DNA of 64,000 bases from Tubiluchus corallicola. Lineage: Eukaryota; Animalia; Priapulida. The translations under genes were made by a program, and so were the position numbers. Under the pieces are notes generated by a model, which had not been told where the DNA came from, did no database searches, and worked only from the letters and a program-made list of their open reading frames with translations. The stretch covers positions 1 through 64,000 of the forward strand of contig JAQGDQ010000055.1 in NCBI GenBank assembly GCA_030141605.1. Direction: 5' to 3'. Below, piece by piece: positions 41,401-64,000 of the stretch. Every line of letters begins with the position of its first letter. Position 1 is the first letter of the stretch.

Positions 41401-42497
41401 TAGTAACACTTGGGTAGTAAATACTTAGGTAGTTAACACTTAGGTGGTAGACAATTAGGTAGTACACACTTGGGCAGTAGACACGTGGGCAGTAAACACT
41501 TGGGTAGTAGACACTTGTGCAGTAGACACTTGGGCAGTAGACCATTGGGCAGTAGACCCTTGGGCAGTAGAAACTTAGGTAGTGAACACTTAGGTAGTAG
41601 ACACTTGGGTAGTAGACACTTGAGCAGTAGACACTTAGGTAGTAGAAACTTGGGTAGTAGACACTTGGATAGTAGACACTTGGGTAGCAGACACTTGGGC
41701 AGTATAATCTTTGGTAGTAAACACTTGACTCGTAGTGGTTGGGCAGTGGACACTTGGCTAGTAGACATTTGGGTAGTAGACACTTGGACAGTGGACACTT
41801 GTTTAATAGACACTTGAACTGTAGACACTTGGCCAGCAAAAATTTGAATAGTAGAGTCTTTGGTAGTAAGCACTTGGGCAGTAGAAGTAGCTGTTGAATA
41901 TGCCGTAAGGAGTCAGAAAACTTGAACATTACGTTTTTCACACAAGACGGGCGTAAAGAAAGTACAGGTCCGTGATTATGGTCAGAACACTATACTTGGC
42001 AAGTTCAAAAAGCTAATACAAATAACATCTCACCTCCAATCTCTATAAAGTCCCAAAAGGAAAATGGAGGTTCCAAAGAGATACGTTGCACGAATAGGAG
42101 AACCGATGAGGCCAGTTAATACACGATATCTATATTCGGTTCTTGAAACCTGCAATAGTAATAAACCATGTCCTGCAATAGTAACAAATCATATAAAATT
42201 AAATGTCTTTCTCATGAACTTAATACATTGAACTTAATTTATTCCGTCAGTTTTTTTATGCCCAGACACTTTAGTAGTGGGATCATTATAATTATGATTA
42301 TAATGTTATGTAATGGTTATACTGTGATTATAAAAACGCTCGTCAGATTCTAAGTAAAAACACAGATGCAACAGTGTAACATAGAAAAAAGCGACACTCA
42401 CCACATTCCAATAAAGAGGATTGAATATGATACATGCTGCAGAAATATACAAGTTTCTGTCTCTCCAATCCACTAAGATCTTCATAGAATCCTCCAT
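38441..42497 (-). CDS. PEMT: Phosphatidylethanolamine N-methyltransferase, 201 aa. Exons 42497-42402, 42149-42034, 40814-40669, 40138-40027, 38857-38780, 38498-38441
   Basis: GT-AG introns with consistent phases; 606 nt including TGA. Diagnostic peptides: [76 protein letters not shown] 5'UTR intron is likely (acceptor near 42512, candidate donor near 42712). Confidence 0.95.
40190..40536. mobile_element. Palindromic Penelope-like element remnant with hammerhead-ribozyme cores
   Basis: Inverted arms 40243-40364 and 40402-40536. Each outer end reads CTGATGA-T-GACAG..CTGTC-GAAA-CGTTTGAC. AATAAA follows the minus-strand copy. Confidence 0.75.
40540..40630 (-). mobile_element. SINE head fragment with a 5S-rRNA-like segment
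   Basis: Minus strand CTGAAGTTAA...GGCATGGTCAGTAAGCTGGATGGGTGACC resembles 5S GAAGCTAAG...GCCTGGTTAGTACTTGGATGGGAGACC; preceded by an A-box-like TAGCCATGTGG. Confidence 0.6.
41262..41885. repeat. 15-bp minisatellite (GGGTAGTAGACACTT), about 41 units, PEMT intron 2
   Basis: Direct inspection; an inverted related fragment lies at 47715-47820. Confidence 0.95.
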
Positions 42498-44843
42498 TTT
42501 TGGTACAAAATCTGCTGTAATGAATCAGTCCAGGAATGCTACAGGAACGCCTAAAATGCAACGATCTTATACGTAAGTATGTTAACCAAAAAAGTTAAAA
42601 TACGTGAAACGTTTCGCACTGAACGCTCTCGTCAATTTAAGACTCACTAGTTTATTAAATCTTGCATGTTAGACAAGGCGCAATGACTTTAATAAGCAAA
42701 TAAGACCATTACCTAACTCATCGAGAATCACAAACTGAAATGATGGCTGTCTGGCAGACCGTAACCAAAGTACAATTTTATTGTCCTTGACCAAGACTAT
42801 CAGATTACCGGTTACTCAACCTCGAAGCACAAAGTCAGCAATAATTTTTGCCGTCGTCGCTAAAAATTTTCGTTTACATGTTTACAAAAACTTTCCGTTA
42901 CATAGTGTATAGATGACAGATCTATTACACATTATTTGTATAAGCGTTGTGGATAAGACTTGGCAAAATGACTGGTAGCTAAAGTCCGACTTGTGCATAC
43001 ATTTGCTGAAACTAGGGAAACAAACACGCACGCGCAACTCTGACGTTTTTTGTCTTGGATGCTGAAATTGCATCAGTGCCGTAATGTCTCTCGACTTTAC
43101 GGACACAGAGTGTGCGGGCACTGAAATATCAATAATGCACCTTTTTCTGCGTAGTGTGCCAGTTTTAACCACGCAAATGTTTTTTTGCCAGCGGTACTTA
43201 GTTAGCGTTTGTAAAGTTTGCCTGATATGTGTATTTATTAATTCGAAACAATGTAAGTCTCCTAAATCTAGAACCTATAATAGACAAGTGTTAATATCAC
43301 AGAAAAAACTAAGCTTCTCCAACGGTTCCTTTCAATAAGCATAAATTCTTGGAAAATGCGCGTCGTTATAGATGCACTCATAACAAAAATAATAAAAAAG
43401 TATGATATTATGATCAACGCACCCTTATTAAAAACATCAGCATGTATCCACATAAGCATGAAACTGCGGCAAAGCAAGTATCATTTATAACTAACCTAGT
43501 TCACACTGCCTATACAATATCGTACTCTGATAAGCCACACAGAGTGCCTTCAAATTTGTATTTGTGACATGAACTCAACTCTGTTCATGAGGTGCGGTTT
43601 GACATGCCACAGTGATCACACAGGATCAGGTGATATGTAAGCCCGCACCAGACATGCACGCTACTGAAATTCACGCTCACCTATCCTCGCTTTGAGCATG
43701 TGATGAGCCCTTGGTGCCCCGGGCTTGTGTCGTGCCCACGCTCTAATAGACAATTGAAAAATTCATGTATCCAATTTATGTACAAAAACAATAAAAATGG
43801 CGCATAAAATTTGATAAACAGATTCTTAGTTGCGCAAGAAACCACAGCCATTATTGATAACCAGTGTACATAGATAATTAATTCGGTGTAACACAGGCTT
43901 TTGTCGTCTTTTGTCGTTTTTAAAGGCTGTTAATAATTATTTTGAATAACCGAGCTGCTTGCATGCACGATAAACAAGGACGAAATGGAGCAAATACAAA
44001 TCTCTTAAGTGACCATTTGCGTTACAGGAGCATCAGAGAGCTTTTCATCAATTATCAGTAAAGGCCTATTCAAGATGACAAATTCTCTTTTGAGTTTTAC
44101 ATGATTTTATTTAATAGGTCTATCTGAAAGAAGCTTGAAATTATTAAACGTACATTATAATCTAGAGGTGGCAAAAGCGCGTAAATGGCTATATTAGAGA
44201 CTAGTATGTTACTATTGTTAAAACAGTTGAGAGAAATGGCCAACTCACTCAAAATTCAACCTATTTTCACCTCATGTTAATTTGCATAATTAGCGAATCA
44301 TTAGTTCCCTAATAGTATGGAGTTTCGCTATAGATTCACGTGAACAGTTTCTACAAATGGGTTTGTTATATATGTGCCAAAATCCTCTGCATACGGGTGC
44401 AAGTGAGATAAAGAACCTCGGGACAGTTAGTTGTCGCAGTCTCTCCCCCCCTCTCTCTCGCTCCCTCTCCCTCTCCCCCGCTTTTTCTTTTTTTCTTCTG
44501 TTTCTCTTTCTCGAAACTATTTACGTTCATTCATAAACGCAAATATACGTAAGTACGTCTTTAGTGCCCGAACGAGCTTTTGTATAGCAAGCACTCGGGC
44601 ATGGTCGCAGCTCAACAGTTTGATGTGCGCCAGAAACTTTTAAGTGAGTTTAAAAAAATCACTAGAAGTTAAAAACGGTGACTTAAAAAACCATATTGTT
44701 GCGCAGCCAGCACATGAATCATTAACACCGATCCGTTGCCAGCCTCATAGGGAATTCCAATATCTTTTCACAAAATATTTGTAACAAAATTACACAGTCT
44801 CACTAATACGAGCTACACCGAAGCATCAGCACGGCCACTTTAA

Positions 44844-45397
44844 AGGAAAGAATTAGTCACCCAGTATGTTGGGTTTATTTTACGGTTATCACTTAAACTT
44901 TGAAAAATATGACAAAGAAATTTGCACAAAACTATCTATACAGCACATATTTAAAATATACTACCGTTGGATAGAAATTTCCAGGCGTTGTGGTTGCTGT
45001 GATTCACTTGAAAATTAAGACGCAACTGGGAGGTTTCGTGACTTTTCGTAAGTGCATCGTGGCTTTCGGTAAGCGCGCGCTGCTTGAATTAATTCAAATT
45101 TATGCAGCTTACCTAATGTTCACGCAAAAATAGTACAAATTTAGCTATCTAGATGTTTTGTAAAAACTTATTATACTTTTGAATGAAGATTGACAGTACT
45201 TTTCTTCAAGACAAATGATGTCATTGGAAAAAGAGTGGACATTGAAAATGGGAGCGCCAAAGCATGAAGTGATCGTGACTTTAAAGTGATAATACTAATT
45301 ACATGAGGCGCTTATTGCACTGTTATCACTAAATCCTTCTAACATTTTTCGGAAACATTGAAATAAGCCTAACTTTCTAGAAGACTTGACCTTTCCT
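44844..45397 (+). mobile_element. Family B TTAA-flanked (Kolobok-like) element, full length
   Basis: TTAA|AGGAAAG ... CTTTCCT|TTAA; partial copy at 29165-29510. Confidence 0.8.
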
Positions 45398-45740
45398 TTA
45401 ATAAGACAAAAGAAATAATTTAATACCACCCACGACCCAGTACGGCAAACTTTGCCAAATTAAATAAATTCTAGCAATTCGTAAAACGTGTCACCCGAGG
45501 CAACCGTTGTGTAGGCTGGATTTTACTTTTTCTGTTTCTAGGTGCTTTGAAATTAACTTAGCTATCCGGTAAGTATCGCCCACTTTACTCTCCCTTTTAC
45601 ATGATTGATAATGCTCAAACAAACCGTCTCCCACTTTATTTAACGCATACATCGTGGCTCATTATTGGTCAAAGTTCGCATTCTGATATTAGATTTAATA
45701 ATCTTGGGTGTATGGACTTCGTTACGTTTGGAACTTCACC

Positions 45741-60188
<14,448 letters not shown>

Positions 60189-60311
60189 TTGGGTAGTACG
60201 AGATTATTAGTTGTGTCCGAAAGAAAGACAAAGGGCTAAGAATTTGTAAAATTATAGGACGTAATACCGCGCATTATATGCTGGTTACATTCATTATAAT
60301 GATAAGCATAC

Positions 60312-60344
<33 letters not shown>

Positions 60345-60653
60345 GTTATGTTAGGTAGTAATATTTATCATGCTTTCAATGTACTTTGGCACGAGTAGCA
60401 TTTATTAGCGAATGGCGACGGCATATGCATACCACGCAGTTGTGAGAATACAGGTGTAATAATTACATCATAGTGACGGGCAGCAGAAATTATCCTATTT
60501 ATTATTAGTGATGATATGTATATTTCGAGTCATGCGATAACTTTTTATTTTAATTAACGTAGCGCAAATGTCGTTCGTTTAAAATCTTACAGTCACATCA
60601 TACTGAGCAAAGCTATATATTTAGTAGCTTTGTTTATTTTGGCTAATTTTAGC

Positions 60654-60659
60654 AATAAA
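60654..60659 (+). terminator. Candidate polyadenylation signal of PLC
   Basis: First AATAAA noticed about 470 nt after the stop codon, followed by T-rich sequence. Confidence 0.4.
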
Positions 60660-61399
60660 TAATTCTGTTATTATTATCATTCCTGTTTTTTTACTTACTG
60701 TTTATCTCAAGCTCAATTTTGAGCCTGGGATATGGCTTACGCATAGTATAGTGTACAGTAACAGGTTAGGTGAAACCATAACTATTTATAATCTTAATAT
60801 CAATACATGCATTATTATTAATTACGATGCAAACCCATAACTGATTCAATTCGAAAACCAAACTAAAAAATGGAAACGTAAAAAAGTTAGAACACATGCA
60901 ACCTATATGTAGTCTGGAACACAGCAAACGGGCTGACGTATTATAGCAATGAACTTTGGACTGTCACGATCGCTGGTAACATGATAAATCCAGGCTGCAT
61001 ATGCTTAATTTTTTTCGTTTTCACTGTTTTCTAGTTTAATTTCTAAATTTCTAATTTCTAACTGTGGGATTGTACCATTATACCTAATTTGTTACCTACG
61101 CTTTGCACGTAGACTTGTACTACAGACGTTATTTAGGCCTAGTTAGGCCTGTTATTGCCGCCACAATATTTTATACATGTAATATGTTTCGCTTGTGTTA
61201 TAATCAAAATAGGCCTGTTTGGGTTAGTAAGGCTACCTACTAAGGTAATATCTTCGCGGCATTCCAAGTAGGGTTGTGCACGATTCCTTTCTGACAAATT
61301 AATGACAACGTCGTTGTACAGCTAGTGTTAATTAAAATTCTTCCACAGGCCTATTTTGTCAACCCCGTGACGTGAGTAGGTCTTAGAAAGAGTCGTTTA

Positions 61400-62060
61400 T
61401 AATACGGGTTAGAGACTTTATATTTCCGTAATAAAATGCAGGTGTCATGCATACATCGGCGAAAATATAAGGAGAAAGCTAGACCCGAAGGTTAATGGCT
61501 GCTCATATAAAACAATTTCCGGCTATAAAGTTCACATGAAAGTTTAATCAATGCCAGAATTTGCAGAAATTTATTCAACGTGCGGACCGATTATATTTTG
61601 TCTTTATAAAAACTACATTGTTTTCATAGCTTTCAGTTTATTTTTAGATTATTCAATTGCCATAATCTATTGTGTTTAGTGGATTATCGAAATTAATTTG
61701 GAAACTCGACTATAGTATAACGATAGTGTTCAAATAGGCTTGCTTACTTTATTAGCTACTGTGAACCATAAAGCAGGGAAAGAAGACTGAAAATGAAGTT
61801 GTTCTTCTGCAACAAGCGATTTGACAACTAACGTGCCATAAAAATGAATAATTTTCACTAATAATCGAAATCTGGGAGTTCATTTAGATTTTCTTTAACA
61901 TTGGGCCTTTATATTGATCATTCAAGCAGCTCTCTTGATAGGCATTGGGAGCTAATATGGAGTTTCACTTATACTTAATTGCCTAAGTGAATTCTCTGAC
62001 TGAGCTGTAAGACTCTGAACGAAGCATTCCTATAATTAAAATTATAATATCTTAAGTGTG
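61400..62060 (+). mobile_element. Highly degraded LINE fragment
   Basis: RNLGVHLD (RDLGV-like motif) near 61866; otherwise stop-ridden. Confidence 0.35.
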
Positions 62061-62219
62061 GTGTGGATGACAACGAGACACATTCGTTCCGTATCAGATT
62101 GTGCGAGTGGCAAGTGCGAATCAACTGATACGCTACGCGGCGCTGGTGAAGTGGTGATGTCAGCAACCTTGACATGTCATCTGCGCACGCAGGCGACAGG
62201 CCGCTGAGCTTGCTGCAAC

Positions 62220-62249
62220 ATGGCGTCGAAGAAGCTGAAAAACGATGAT
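62220..62249 (+). CDS. Probable first coding exon of an unidentified gene (MASKKLKNDD)
   Basis: CpG-rich patch at 62100-62250, caacATGGCG start context, strong GTGAGT donor at 62250. Product not recognised. Confidence 0.45.
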
Positions 62250-63195
62250 GTGAGTAGATTTAAATAGTCGTATTTATTTTGAATGTACTCTAATTTTAAT
62301 TATTGTGTATTGCTCGTTATTAACTGGTGGAAAATTTTCATTACCGTTGTGATTGATGCGAAATAACACATACTTGTGATCAAATTGTTTGTTTTTTGGG
62401 CGTGTCTTACCGGGTATTTTCAATTGTCTTTGAATTGTTATTGAAATACATTTATCTAAAACTGTGTTTGAGCTCACTAAAAAGGCTGTTCGCCAACTTT
62501 CATTACTTAAAAAAACGAAATGGGTGTTTCATTATCGACATCAGCATTACTGGCATCACTTATAAACTAATGTGCTTATTACATTAGCAACTTTTGCAGT
62601 GACACTCAGGCATTTGGGCTTGTGATCGTGCATTTCAGTTATTGAAATGAAGCTGTTGCATATTTTGATAAGCAGCTTCGTAAATGCAATCTACTTTCCC
62701 CACAACAAAACTTACTATTGGCACAAAGAAAATTAAATTGAAAATGTACTGTTCTGATTAACTGCACAAAAATAAATAATTAAAGAGAAATTAGACGATA
62801 GTTTTACTGTATAATAATGTACTAATATTATACCGACTAAATGTTCAGATTTGCCAGAATGTAGAAAAATTTGAAAACGAAAATAAAAGTCACATTTTAT
62901 AATGTTGAAATTTTCAATTTGGTGCTGCACAATGACTGTGAAACGTCTCTGAAACACAGGAAATGTGGCAACTTTTGGGGCAATGCCTGAGCCCCACTGG
63001 AGGAGCTTACATAACTCTACCTGACCGTCCCTTACTGGTAATTTGTGGGATCTTACACGACTTTTTGGCAGTTCCTTAACTTGTGAGCTCTGATATTGGA
63101 AAGCAAATTTTCTCAAAATGATTTATCACTTTTCTCTGCATAGGTTTGCTACGTGATGACTGAGGTAATTAAAAACGAATTATTTTTGCTATAAC

Positions 63196-64000
63196 TCGTG
63201 GTTTTTCAACCTTGGGGTCGCCGCGCCAAATGGGTTCACAAAGCAAATTTTGTAGGGTCGCAAGCATTTGCTTGCTATGTAAAAAATTTGTACAATTTCA
63301 GTAACTGCCCGTGCTCAAGGGATAAACTGAATGGATTACTGGCAACTTTAAAATTACTAAAAGAGAGTGGCTGCTAAACGTTTTACCCTGTTGCCTCATC
63401 TGAATGAGCATTTAGAAGTCTTCCAATGCAAAGACAGTAAATGGACAATCTTTTTTAGGAAATCACGAGTCATATTTGGCCACTCATTTATGTAATGTAA
63501 TGTAATATTTATTTCCCCTTCAAACAAAATAAATGAAGAGTTTGAATACTACTTTCCTGAGCTGGATGTGCAGTCTTTTGCAGTGGTGCATGACTCTGTC
63601 AGAGCTCCACTGAACTCGAATTTCTAATGAGGAGGATACTGCTCAGGAGGAGCTTGTCCAGCTGCAGCAAGGTACAGGAGCGAAGGTTCTTGCACAGTTA
63701 CTTTCACTGCCATCATTCTGGATGAAAATGTTCCTACATAGCCCACTTTGGCTGGGCATGCCATCATAGTTTTGTTGCCATATCCTTCGTCCTATTTATG
63801 TGAACAGTCATTCTCTACTATGATGGTTTGTCAAAAACAAGAACAGAAATCCACTACAATTGGAACAAGATATGATTCTGTCACTGTCAGCTACCACACC
63901 CCGAATTGAGAAGTTGGTCTCTGAACAGCAAGCCCAACCTTCTCTCTGATTACTACATTCCTTTTAACTAACTCTTATTAGTTAAAACATTTTAAAGCAA
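63196..64000 (+). mobile_element. Internally deleted hAT (Buster/Charlie-type) transposon with a pseudogenised transposase C-terminus
   Basis: 5' end GTGGTTTTTCAACCTTGGGGTCG. Frameshifted peptides EEFEYYFP, EELVQL..LPSFWMKM, LLPYPSSYLCEQSFS, KNKNRNPLQLEQDMILSLSATTPRIEKLVSEQQAQPSL* (stop 63947-63949) match the hAT dimerisation region. Confidence 0.85.

Noticed and set aside
41195-41941. Repetitive ORFs (GSRHL)n, (KCLLP)n, (SVYYP)n up to 201 aa
   Set aside because: Products of a 15-bp intronic minisatellite.
42604-42635. Second hammerhead-like motif TTGACGA...GAAACGTTTC on the minus strand
   Set aside because: The first core C is mutated and stem II pairs poorly; at most a decayed relic.

Overview
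AT-rich, intron-rich animal (invertebrate bilaterian) genomic DNA, not prokaryotic. Manual splicing gives four recognisable genes. (1) The first two coding exons of an amyloid-precursor-protein (APP/APPL) family gene, minus strand, running off the left edge. (2) A complete 7-exon RNF14 RWD-RBR E3 ligase, minus, 474 aa. (3) A complete 6-exon PEMT, minus, 201 aa, almost invisible in the ORF track. (4) A complete 18-exon phospholipase C delta, plus, 756 aa, containing a U12-type minor intron. A fifth gene probably starts near 62220. Introns and intergenic DNA are dense in non-autonomous DNA transposons (TTAA-flanked Kolobok-like, piggyBac-like, hAT, Tc1/pogo, foldback-like), SINEs, LINE 3' remnants, a decayed Buster-type hAT transposase, and mini/microsatellites. 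The most unusual items are a palindromic Penelope-type element carrying hammerhead-ribozyme cores in PEMT intron 3 and the U12 intron in PLC. I found no convincing new multi-gene system. All exon boundaries and family assignments were made by eye, without database searches.
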